DNA of 48,630 nt from Octopus bimaculoides (taxonomy: Eukaryota), in NCBI RefSeq assembly GCF_001194135.2, contig NC_068998.1, positions 22,816,997 to 22,865,626 on the forward strand, read 5' to 3'. The translations under genes and the position numbers were made by a program. Position 1 is the first letter of the stretch, and the number at the start of each line of letters is the position of its first letter. Under the pieces are notes generated by a model that did no database searches, had not been told where the DNA came from, and was given only the letters and a program-made list of their open reading frames with translations. Shown here piece by piece: positions 24,560-36,470 of this stretch.

Positions 24560-24814
24560 GTGGCTGACCCCTAGGGGTGGATGTTACTGTTGCTTTTAGC
24601 CCCAGGAGGACATCTCCTCCAGCTGGCTTATCGACACACGACTGTGTCCTGTTTGCCAAGGGAAGTTATCCCTCTCACCTCGATCTGCAGCACGAACGTA
24701 TCCTGATTTCAGGGTAATTTCCCTTCGTCGGCGCCCGATAGCTGCTGACCTTGGTGAGAGAGACAAAAACCTGGCAATCTTATATCTTCTTTTCCAGTGA
24801 AATTCTTCACTGAT
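24560..24814. repeat. GC-richer interspersed-repeat-like segment, class not determined, running into a gap
   Basis: Abrupt GC rise, palindrome acccctaggggt, and hairpin ccaggagga-catc-tcctcca. Confidence 0.35.
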
Positions 24815-25282
24815 NNNNNNNNNNNNNNNNNNNNNNNNNNNNNNNNNNNNNNNNNNNNNNNNNNNNNNNNNNNNNNNNNNNNNNNNNNNNNNNNNNNNNN
24901 NNNNNNNNNNNNNNNNNNNNNNNNNNNNNNNNNNNNNNNNNNNNNNNNNNNNNNNNNNNNNNNNNNNNNNNNNNNNNNNNNNNNNNNNNNNNNNNNNNNN
25001 NNNNNNNNNNNNNNNNNNNNNNNNNNNNNNNNNNNNNNNNNNNNNNNNNNNNNNNNNNNNNNNNNNNNNNNNNNNNNNNNNNNNNNNNNNNNNNNNNNNN
25101 NNNNNNNNNNNNNNNNNNNNNNNNNNNNNNNNNNNNNNNNNNNNNNNNNNNNNNNNNNNNNNNNNNNNNNNNNNNNNNNNNNNNNNNNNNNNNNNNNNNN
25201 NNNNNNNNNNNNNNNNNNNNNNNNNNNNNNNNNNNNNNNNNNNNNNNNNNNNNNNNNNNNNNNNNNNNNNNNNNNNNNNNNN
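24815..25282. other. Assembly gap
   Basis: N run. Confidence 0.99.
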
Positions 25283-25300
25283 ATATATATATGTATATAC

Positions 25301-25356
<56 letters not shown>

Positions 25357-25408
25357 GTGTGTGTGCGTGCGTGTGTGTGTGTGCGTTTGTGTGTGCGTGT
25401 GTGTGTGT

Positions 25409-25610
25409 TTGAAGGTGCATGGCTTAATGCTTGGGTCATTTGGCTCACGAATGTAAGGTCATATAAGGCGTTGTGTCCTTGAGCAAGACACTTTATTATC
25501 ACGTTGCTCCAGTCAACTTAGCAGACAAAAATGTGCTGTATCTGTATTTCAAAAGCCAAGCCTTTGTCACGCTGAATGTCCTTGAGAACAACGTTAGGGT
25601 TACACATTAA
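25409..25610 (+). mobile_element. tRNA-derived SINE (CORE-like ccttgagcaagacacttta motif)
   Basis: gaaggtgcatggcttaatgc...gttgtgtccttgagcaagacactttattatcacgttgctccagtc. Confidence 0.7.
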
Positions 25611-25949
25611 TTTGTTGTTGAAAATGAACCTAAATTTGAAGAACTTTAATTGTTTTTAAATAAATCTATTTACATACATACCAAACATGTTTCAACAATA
25701 TTTTCATGCGTATTAATGGTGAAAATTATAAATTATGTTTCAGAAATACGTGTTTAAACGTTTCAATGTTTACAAGTCTCAATAATATCAAATATGATTT
25801 AAATGATCATAACAATCAATAATATAAAAAATGTGGATCAGCTTGTTTAAATGTACAAAATTCAATAGTGATAGAAGTGATCGATAAGAAGTGTGGATCA
25901 CTAAATTTTGGTCATACTGAGTTAAGAGGGAGAAAAACAAGGCAGACAT

Positions 25950-26400
25950 GTAAATAGTAAAAAATGGGGTTTGATTACAGTTCGTGGGATTCTTTTCCCG
26001 TTGTGAGCAGGAACTTTCACTTGTAACGGTCTTTTCTTGGAATGCTGTATATTTATAATTTTTTCCGTGAACAGATCTGATTTTTCATCTGTTAAGTTAC
26101 TAGTGACGTTTTATTTTTCTGGTGGTCGAGTTTGTCGTTCTGTTTGGTTGGCTTCACAGTGGAGAATGGTCATCAGCCATTCCAGTTGGTTGATTCTCTT
26201 AAAGGTTCATTTCATTGTATTTGCTGAAGTTCCGTTTTGTTCGGAAGTAAAATTTTGTCTAGAGTTAGGTGACGTCAGCAACTGATGTTTGTATAATTTC
26301 ATTATTCTAGAGTTAGGTGTTTGTATGGTGTTATTGTATGATGATTTGGAGTTTCGTTCCCGAAACCCTCGTAGAAGACTTACTAATTGCTATCTCAATT
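25950..26400 (-). mobile_element. Probable RLE-LINE N-terminal fragment
   Basis: Near-open minus frames (..IL.NK.TELQQI..) resembling the R4/Dong ORF N-terminus. Confidence 0.4.
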
Positions 26401-28044
26401 ATGTCTGTTGTATCTCCAACGACCGTGAATCTGCTGCCCTAATCACTGATATATATGTAATATGTGTTTGTGTGTATGTATGCACGCATGTATGTAATGT
26501 ATGCATGTATGTATACGTACGATTTGCGAATGCAAGAATGAACATTTTAGAATAATGACTCTTGTGAAGCATTGACAACATCTGGAACTAAGCGTTTCCG
26601 AACATGCGGTGGGTGTTTTTTTAAACCATGTAATAAATGTCATCATATTGTCCCAAATGTAATGTCTTCGGGGTTTTTTTTCCTGCTCAAATTTCCTTCA
26701 ATCATCTCATGAGAGAAACATTTTGTTGTTTTCTTTTTCTGGGTAAACATTCTACCAAACCACATGCTTGTATTGTGTTTTGTTCTATTGATTTTCTGAC
26801 GATAATTTAGAATTGAAGGGCTGCATAAGAAATGCCTCATCATAACTCTATAGCACAATTCTTTGTTTAAACGGATTATTTTATCCAGTATTAATATTTA
26901 AAAAAAATATTTCCCATGCCGTTATTCGACGCTTTATTGTATTTGTATTCTGAAGTATTTTGGATAGATTAGCAAACTACTTCCCTTGGTATACCTTATG
27001 CTAAATTAGCCTTCTAGGTTGTTTTTTTTCCTGTATAAGCGGAGACATCTTTCTGTATAAGCGGAGACAATGTTTTCAATAAACAATTATTGTTTCATTG
27101 TCATCTCATTTTCAATGGAAAATTAAACATCAATGTGCACGAAAAAGAAATAAACATGCACACAGACATAAACCACACGCTTGTGTGTGTGGAAATATAT
27201 ATGTGTGTGTATTTGTATTTATATATGCGGTTATGTAAATGCGTATATAATCAAATGAATAATAGCATACGATGAATGATTGTCAGCTCATTAGAACCGT
27301 TTCGTACGTATTATATTTAATACCGGCACATGTCAAATAGAATCCTTAGTTCCTTTAACATAGCATACCATACAAGTATAGTAAGAGCGGTTAGAAAGTA
27401 ATGGTGGAGGGAATGAAACTAGAAGGACTCAGATCGGTCGACTATTGGATGAGCAACAGAAGGAGCAAATTAGATGGCTCTAGGTTAGGAGCTATTATAT
27501 TGGCTGTTTAATGTCCTAAACATGTATACGTACGTGTAGCCTTATGTATACCGGAAAGACAAAGGTCTAGTTTATTATTTAGTAGATTGCATTATTTGAT
27601 CTGTTACTTGATCATAATACACCAAGAGCATTTACCACTTATCGGACACCCTAGAGAATGCCAACAACATACTATTCAAAGTAATGCATTATTTCTACCA
27701 AATCCTGGGGGCTAAACCGTCATAGGGTTTGTTTTCTCTGTGTACACGACTGGAATGTCCTATGTGACACTTACCTGCCATAGGCTGGAACTACAGATTT
27801 ACCCAACGCTACCTGGTGTATATCTGTCCAAGTACCTGATTCTGGTGCAATCCCAATTTTACCTTCCTAAAAGCAAGATCCTGTATAAGACAGTTCGGTG
27901 TTCTCTGTAAATACGCAAAAATCGTTTTCAGGGCTATATATGTTGTACTGTTGTTATTGGAAGAGCGAAACAATTAGAAGAACGGAACCAAGTTATAAGC
28001 CCCGCTTTTCCTGAAATTACAGGGTATATCAGCTAGAATATATA

Positions 28045-28162
28045 NNNNNNNNNNNNNNNNNNNNNNNNNNNNNNNNNNNNNNNNNNNNNNNNNNNNNNNN
28101 NNNNNNNNNNNNNNNNNNNNNNNNNNNNNNNNNNNNNNNNNNNNNNNNNNNNNNNNNNNNNN
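28045..28162. other. Assembly gap
   Basis: N run. Confidence 0.99.
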
Positions 28163-28220
<58 letters not shown>

Positions 28221-28984
28221 TGTGTGTGTCTGTGTGTGTGTTTATATAATATATTCACAGACAAACAAGCAAACATATATAAAGAGTGAGGGAAAGAGAG
28301 AGAGAGAGAGAGAGAGAGTGAGGGACTTACATACTGTGAGACAGTGACAGAGAACGAGATGTGACACAGGCTTAATCTACCAGTCAAAAACAGGTACATG
28401 CCTTGATTTTCCTGATTCCTGGTTATTTTAGACGATGCATATTTAAGATAAATTTTATTCGTTCAACGTCGGAATCATTTTAACTGGCATGCGAATATAT
28501 TGGACAAACAATTCTGCCTGGCGCATGAAAATGTCCACACTTTTACACAGTGATTATGTCAGCGCAGTTTCAGTGATAATATACCTGCTTTAATCCTTTA
28601 TTATTTTTGTTAATCCTCTCACTAGTGCAGAGGTTTCTGCATGTACAAAATTTTAAAACAAAAACCTTACGTTCACTTCAACAAAAATAATAAAAGCTAC
28701 CCTGACATGAAGTGTACTACAAGTAAATATCAAAGTCCTTTTATAGTTGTATATTATTTTGTATTGTGTACTGATTTATTCCCTTTAAATATGCGCATCA
28801 GATATGAAAATTATGATGATATTTGGAATTTAAGAAGTTTGAAAGTAATTTTGTCATCTCTAACATGAAAATTATTTGAATTTGACTTTCCGCTCATATT
28901 TATATCGATATAAATTGTGAATTCCTTCCAATATGCCATCAATTGCCAGCAGTCCAGGATCAATAGTGTTTATATATTTATTTT

Positions 28985-29835
28985 CAATAACCTGTTGCTA
29001 CATGCAAATCGATGTTGCTAACATTTACGTCGTTTTTATAGGGTTATTGATTGATCAAATTGTTTCACCTGGCCTTTTAGGACAAACAATGATACTAAAT
29101 TATATGATGAATTATCAGCATGAAAAGCATGTCAAGTATTCTATAGAGAAATAATGCAAGATCCTCGAACAATTTTATGAGAGGATCAATTTTTAAGAGT
29201 GTTCCAGCAAGCATATCAACATCGCTTTGAAGTAGTGTCCATCAATGTGTATAAAATAAAGTCATTGCAACTACTGACGTTGAAAATAGGCTTTATTTTC
29301 ATCATCATCATCATCATCATCATCTTCATCCTCGCCCTCCTCCTCCTACTCCTACTCCTACTCCTCGTCGCCCTCCACATCCTCTTCACCATTCTTATAA
29401 TCGTTGTTGTCATCATCAAACATCATCATCATCATTGACATCGCTGTCGTCATCGTCGATATTAATATTATTATTATTATTAGTCGTCGTCGTCGTAGTA
29501 ATAGTGGTGGTGGCGGTGGTGGTGGTGGTGGTAGTGGTAGTCGTAACACTTTTGCGATGGCAGATGTTATACCGACATTATGCCAAACGAACGGGCTATA
29601 TCCAAAGGCCAAATGTCACTTGGGTCATTCCTTTTCCTTCAGTATCTTACCAGGCATCTTAGAAGGATGTTTTGTACAACAGTCCCGCCTGGTGGTAAAT
29701 CCTACTTTCTCCAGCCTGATATCAACTCTTTTACTGATAGCTCCCGGAAAGACATCCACAAACTGTATCACTTTTACGTACCTGATTTTCCATATTTCCT
29801 AACTACTCCCTTGAACTCTTGATATGTCACAACAT
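28985..29835 (+). pseudogene. Decayed carbohydrate sulfotransferase (Sulfotransfer_2, CHST8-14-like), interrupted by a compound microsatellite
   Basis: CYMQIDVA (28996; cf. CYVPKVA); YSI-EIMQ (29137; cf. YSIPEINH); (R)DQFLRVFQQAYQHRF (29184; cf. RDPFERLVSAYRNKF); after the repeat block RAISKGQ/NVTW..FLQYL (cf. EALRKGDDVKFEEFVAYL); SFTDSSRKDIHKLYHFYVPDF..F/NYS (cf. F...SKRDIRRLY....DF.LF.Y). Needs several frameshifts and one internal deletion. Confidence 0.55.
29290..29545. repeat. Compound trinucleotide microsatellite block (CAT/CCT/CGT/TAT/GGT)n
   Basis: Direct reading. Confidence 0.9.
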
Positions 29836-29905
29836 TTGAGTTCAAATTCCGCCGCGGTCATCTTTGCCTTTCATCCATTTAGAGTTGATAAATTAAGTTC
29901 CATTG
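29828..29905 (+). mobile_element. SINE fragment (B-box and body)
   Basis: gagttcaaattccgcc..tttgcctttcatcc...gttgataaattaag. Confidence 0.7.
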
Positions 29906-30552
29906 AAACAATAGGATCGGTTTCATTAGCAGCCGACACAAGATTTCAGAACCTGTGCCTTAAGTAGAAAGTATTATTGCTATTGATGTTATTTTTGTTG
30001 TTATTATTGAATGAGAGAGTTGCATACACCGTCAACTGGGCGTTAGAATGAAAAAAAAAATACAAAGCCCAATATAGTCATTATGACTAATCATTTGATA
30101 AGGGTACGCCGCACACATGTATCACAACCAACTGTGCACCATATGGTGACAGCGCATGACTTTGCGCGTGCGACCCAGTTAGTTGCCCGTCGAGTTGTCT
30201 ACCCCGCTCAAAATGTCCCGGAATATGTTTTATTTGAGGATGACGAATGTAACACCCATGCTTCCAGAAGTGAATTATTCAGATCACAAGCAATCCCTCT
30301 CAAGATATAGCTATGATTCCTCGCAAACAAACACTACTTCTGCTCATGATCAGAGACGCACATATCGTCAGCCATTAAGGGAAATGGTCAACTGGTTATG
30401 GTCAAGCAAGTGACAAGCACATGTGTTATTCAGCAGAATATTTACTGTACCCCAACCCTTGACGCGAAGAAAATCGTGAATCTGATATCCATTCCAATAA
30501 CTTAAGATAAGAAGCGATGAGAAACACTGCCTATTTCTGCATCAGGGCATAT

Positions 30553-30579
30553 TGTTATTATTATTATTATTATTATCAT

Positions 30580-30635
<56 letters not shown>

Positions 30636-31230
30636 TTTTCTTCCAGTTGTATTTCTGTTTCTTGCCGGGTGTCTTCTCGACTCCTATGGTAAAGAAATTC
30701 GCTGTAGACATTGATGGACCATCAATCTAAATAGACAAGATTGTTCATTTTCAGAATGAAGTGATATGAAAATCGAACAGAAAAGTCAAGTTGAAATTAA
30801 AAACAAAAACAGGTGTAGTAATCGTTCTCACATCGACAATGCACTTCCCAATACCTGTGACGTACCAGTTGAATGAATTTTTCACACTTCTTGCAGGGAT
30901 GGTAGTCCAGGAATGATTCTCAAATAATTTTCAATTCCTTAGTTGGTCATTCCCATTGCTCCTACAATCAGTGACATTCTAACCGCCACGAGGTACGCCA
31001 TTTTTACTATTTCAACGGCCAAACCTTTATATTTTCTCAGCTGCGATATTATGATCGAGCAGTAAACAAGATTAATTGTTTCTGTCTTTCACAGAAATAT
31101 CCGGTTTATTAGCTTTGATCATTCGGTGTGTATGTATTAGAATGTCACAAAGACTCGTTGCATTTACTCTCTCAGTTTTAACGCCATGGTTGTATTTATA
31201 CCGCTTTTCGGGAATTGTCATTTTAAAATG
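30553..31230 (-). mobile_element. RLE-type LINE 3' end with 3' UTR and (TAG)n(TAA)n tail
   Basis: Minus strand: decayed WD.PI.T.RMIKANKPDI and TTIPARSVK region (cf. PSLQEVQK). The 3' UTR taggagtcgagaagacacccggcaagaaac..gaagaaa is homologous to 11642-11695 and is followed by (tag)n/(taa)n at 30553-30637. Confidence 0.75.
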
Positions 31231-31919
31231 CTGACCTGTTAGCTGGTGTAATTAAATTGTAAGGGGGCCGAGCGTCTGTTTTCCTCTGATACAAAAGGTT
31301 CAGGAACAGTAGAGTAAAGGTGAAAGACGATGAAAGGTATGTGAAAGAGCAGCACGTCATAACGTCAGAAATTCAGAACGTCAGAATGTCAGAACGTCAG
31401 AGCTGGTTGAAAAAACCCACAACTTTTCTCGATGAAGGCCGTTTTGTGTCTATAAAGTCAATAAACATACAGTCTGGAGTTAGTTTTATGAATGCAAGAA
31501 TTATAGAATTATTCATGGAGATCTAAACATGCAGAATTTGTTCCTGCGTGCTCAGTGAAGAAAAGAAGGAAGAAGAAATTGCTGTTAGAATGGAGAGGGT
31601 TGATGTTTGAGCTACACAACAAGACTACTCACAACTCTGGTATGCTATGACGAAAGCTGAATCTACGTTTAATGACGAGAGACCTAGAGAGAGAGAGAGT
31701 TCCCATTGGAAGCATCCTGGATACTCCTGATTCTCTTTTTCGACAACAAATTCATTATCAGCAACAAGTCTGTTCTCTGTGGCTAGACTTTCGACGACAG
31801 AAAACAAATTAGTCACAAAAGTGTAGCGCACTTGCATTCGAATCGATAGTAACTGCACCATGACATTACACAGGTTCACAATTCTACCCTAGTAACCAAT
31901 TACTGGACAGAAAAGGCCA

Positions 31920-32175
31920 TCGAAACTATCCCTTCAGTCCAGATCTTACTCGCTGTGTCTTTTAGCCGTCCTCCAAAACTGAACGGAAACCTCAGGAAGC
32001 AAACGGGTTGAAAATATTGAGATGAAGGAGGCTGTGGGAAGTGTCCTGGATCCCTTCACTTTAGAGGATTGCCAAAGGGGGCGGAACTGTACAGCAAGTG
32101 CATCGAAGTAAGGAAGATCATATTGTGTTCATTTAAAATTAATATCCCTCCTGCAAAAAGTTTAAAAACTTCTGG
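31920..32175 (+). mobile_element. mariner transposase C-terminal fragment
   Basis: YPFSPDLTRCVF*(fs)PKLNGNLR...KCIEV (cf. YSPDLAPCDF..FPKLK...KCIE). Confidence 0.65.
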
Positions 32176-33142
32176 TATGATTCTTTGGAGTTGTTAATTC
32201 ACTACATCTGTTATAATGGTAAAGCAAGGTCCATTGCCAAATTATAACATTGATACGACAAAAAATTCTGTCATTTCCTCAAGATTATGACACACGTTTA
32301 TCTCTCAGATTAATGTGGACTCATGTATCAATAAACGCATGGTAAGCACGAAACACTGTTACCGACGTTCACATGTCCACCCTTACAAACTAAAGTAAAA
32401 ACAAACTTAACGAAATATAACATCGAAATTACAACAGTTGTGAATCGAACGAAAAATCGTTTCCACTCAATCAAGTTAAATATCCACCACAGTTTATTTT
32501 TTATAACATAATCTCCATCCGGTAAGCAGAGTAATATTTCATTTACAAGCAAGGAAATAAAATGAAATGCATTAACTCCCAACGTATGTTTTCACATTTC
32601 GATTATTCTCCCTTTTTCTATCATATATTTAGTGTTAAGCGTATTTATTTATTGTTCCCTCTTCTTTTCTTACTACGTAGTATTTTAATAACATTTGGAT
32701 TCATGATAACTAAAGGAAATAATGTTTATGCAAATCACTTATATTTACAAACTTGATTTAAGTTAATTTGTCATCGAAATTTATTTCGATTAATTTAATC
32801 CTAATTATTTGTGTTGTTTTCATCAGCACATATACGTATGAATATAAAAATCGTAATTTTTGGAATTATAATTCAGCTCTACATGAATTAAAGATACCAT
32901 ATTCGCCTTCGGAATTTCTATCATATCAAGTTGAAATATATCCAACATCTGGAACCATTGAATTTTCATTATTTTTTACAAGTTATTAAATTGTAAGGAC
33001 AGAAATATCCACACACCACAAAACCATTGTTTTTTGTCGTATCATTTGGATGTAGATTAATGGGGTTAATGACCAGCATTAACCCCACCTGCATGAGAAT
33101 GAACACTTCTGGCGTCAGGTCACTGTTACGGCATGATGAGCG

Positions 33143-33205
<63 letters not shown>

Positions 33206-34737
33206 GTATGAAGCACACAAACGTCTACTTAACCCTTCTAGGAAGACGCCAAATCCTATATATTAATCATAAGGATGTTAGAATGTATGCACTGAAATTC
33301 ATTCCGGTTAGCGAGTTGGGTACTTAAGAAAGGTAAGAATGACCCATACATACTTCACAAAAATAAAATAACTTAAAAGTACGATGGTGTACACTCGCAC
33401 AACACTAAACGCGATAAATCACATAAGTTTCCTAAATAACGGTCAAAAGATATTGTTCTGCGATTGGAAATTTTGAACACGTCTGTTTTGTTTGTAAATG
33501 TCTAGTAACAGTGGGTAGTTGCTAATTATTAAACAGAAACGTTTAAAACAATAAATCTGAAAATAAACACAGATTTACTTAAATAGCGTTGACGTCGCTT
33601 TTAATGATAAGGAGGCCAAGTTATCTAAATCAAATTATTATACGAATTTTATGCTTTAATACAATGAAGTATAGTTTTATAATTAGATTTTAATGAGTCA
33701 CGATATTTTACCAGAATAATGTTTACTCTATATTTTAGTAATATTTTTAATTAATTAAAGTATTGTTGAAAATAATCTTATTTATATTAAATAACCTAAT
33801 CAAATAATTTTTAATTAATATATATTGCAATTATAACGATTATATGATTTGTATATATGACTATATATTTTTTAAGATTATAAAACTAATTTACACTTAT
33901 AATCATTATATACAGAATTCGCAAGATCCAGGCATAACATTTTTATACTTTATGATAAAGGATATCATTTATGCTATGAAAATATTGTTAAATCATTAAA
34001 CATGTTCTATATGTTATAGAATAATATCTGCTGTTTTGCCGAATGTTTTGAGTTAATATTCAGGAGCACAGCTATTTAGAGTTCAGTCTATGAGCTATTT
34101 CTTCAAATATCATTCTCATTTCAATTCCTATTTTCACCAATTTTGTTTCAATGATTTTAAGGTCGGGTATATTTTTTAACACATTTCATACAAACCGTTT
34201 TCATGTTTCAAGTTATTTGTTATAAAAGAAATTTCTAAGAACCTTGCTCTTTTCCCATTTACCTAGAAATTGAATTCATACATGTGCTCGCGTCTTCTGT
34301 AGCACTTATATAATTTCAATGTGATGAAGCTACGTTCCATTTGGTCATTATGACGGATTAAACAGATCTGTTGCCCAATAAATATAATTCTTTAGATAAT
34401 TTCACTTGCATGCTGGATTTCACTTCTCGTCAAACACGAAGCAGAGAAATTGATTATAAACAGAAAAGTGCAGATTATTGTATCATTTCTTATACACGTA
34501 TAGGAAATATAAATTAGAACTAACAATACACTTTGCATTTTATGTAACATGCAAGTTTAATAACATCCGTAGAATAGAAGTGCGTTTAAATATTCTTTAA
34601 TATTCAATTTCATTCCCCAAACCCGTCATTTGCATAGTGTAGCCCCGCTCACCATTTCTGAAACGTTGGTAATCCTGAATATAATTTAGAATTGTTGATA
34701 TGTTGATTAATGAACATTTGACTGTTTTCTCCTTCAG

Positions 34738-34806
34738 TTAAAGAAAGTACAATTCCAGATTTCAGAGAAGCATATTTGTAGTGTAGAAAACGTTGCATTT
34801 GTGCAG
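34738..34806 (+). CDS. Candidate 69-nt internal coding exon (phase 0/0) of unknown gene
   Basis: ttgac branch-like motif and gttttctccttcag| acceptor, CAG|GTTAGG donor. Only phase 0 is open: LKKVQFQISEKHICSVENVAFVQ. Confidence 0.35.
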
Positions 34807-35689
34807 GTTAGGTGACACAATGATTACAATATTTGAGTATGCAATGAAAAAGGCATAAAATAATGTAAATAATAAATCCTTAACAAGGGAGTGAGAATAG
34901 TTAGATGGTGATGAAACGTTCGATATTTACAAGCGATGATGATAGATCGAATACTCTAAGTCACACTCGAATGCATTATACATTTCATTATTCGCCATGT
35001 ACAGCAAATATAATACACATCTTTCCTGTTACGCAGCTGAACATATTAATTCAACTAATATTCCCTGGCTCGAGAATCTGCATAATTCAAAGCTCCTGAA
35101 TTGCAGTGCGTTTAAACATATTGCCACATGCTATATGTATAAAGCATGAACACATACGCAAACGAATACCGTTTTTTGTATACATTGCACTTCGCATACA
35201 ATATAGACGATTGGATTATTTACTCGAGATAAATCTGTCTTAGTTACGATATTCCATCCTTATTTATTTGCATAACTCATCGTAATGAACGTGCTCCCAT
35301 TAATTATTACAAAACTCATAGAATATTAGCTTCGGTTAACGGAGACGCAGCTAATTTTATTTCAGGGAATATACCTTCAACTGTATCTCTCTAGTAAACG
35401 CCTCTGCGTAATCTGAAAGGAGAGAGAAAAGGAGAGGTTAAAGTAACGAATGTATTGATATGGAAACATATTCATAAACATAGTGCTAGCAATCAAAACC
35501 TATAAATATTCTACAGATATAGAATAGGATAAATAATATATAGAAAGAGAAACAAAATAAACGTGCATACTAGACTAATGAATCTCGTTTAGGAGAATAT
35601 TAGTATCAACTTATAGCTATAAATTTATACAATAATGATTGGGGAATATTAGAATTTATGGAAAATTTATCGAGAGATCACCTATTTAG

Positions 35690-36470
35690 CTGTAATGAGT
35701 TAAAAATTGAGACATAATGAACAATAAACAAGGAAAAATAGAGCAGATATTCCGGATGAAACATTAACGTTTCTAACATCCTTATTAACCAATAGTATTA
35801 CAATAGTATACATTAGCGAAAAAGGTGCTATGAATACTGAGAGGTAACTTTTATTCTCACTCAAATATTGAGTTCTGTTAGATACCATGAGAGAAACTTT
35901 CATATTGGCTTTATAATGCCAACATATTAACCAATGTAGATATTTACCAGTACTGTGATGCCTTGATTTACACTCTATAGGTGCTAAGACCTTGCATACA
36001 AAGATTAGGTGGTCCACTGTTTCAATTGCATCGTTGCAGTATCGGCATTTTGGGTCTGCTCCATTTTTTATCCCATTGACTTTATAATTCCGGATCAATA
36101 AGCTCAGAACTAAGATGAAGCCTCCGCAGTCCGTCTCTAGCCCTGATTACATCAGCTTTTTTGCTACGTCCCACATATTTACCATGCAAATAATTTTGTT
36201 CCCACAAACGGCCAATTGTTCATACGATTTTTCTTTTTCACCGATTTCACCTTTTTTGCAACAAGAATTGGTGTAGCTCCATCATGCTGTTCAACTTGGG
36301 TATCAGGCTTGAACTCAATAGCAAATTTACTGTTCTCTTCGTGACAGAATGAACCTCCTTACGCTTCGTGCTTTGTAACGCGTTTTAGCATTCAATCCCC
36401 AGATGTTTCAGGATATTTGGCTAGTCCAGTTGTGGTGGTTTTGTAAGATATTTCAAACTGGATCATGCCT
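35690..36470 (-). mobile_element. RLE-type LINE remnant (post-RT region and CCHC)
   Basis: GVRGMIQFEISYKTTT.GLAKY; DPKCRYCNDAIETVDHLIFVCKVLAPIECKSRH...GKYLHWLIC. Confidence 0.88.

Noticed and set aside
24560-24814. HDV-like ribozyme in the GC-rich repeat (tcctc and gctaa motifs)
   Set aside because: Could not assemble P1/P2/P3 pairing on either strand.
29650-29782. Minus-strand exon YVKVIQFVDVFPGAISKRVDIRLEKVG... ending in a GTAAG donor
   Set aside because: No pyrimidine-rich acceptor; the + strand sulfotransferase remnant explains the region better.
32560-33060. ICH...IICVVFISTYTYEY and, at 36990-37070, SIFMLLVLDR as additional GPCR remnants
   Set aside because: Only one or two motifs each, with inconsistent spacing.
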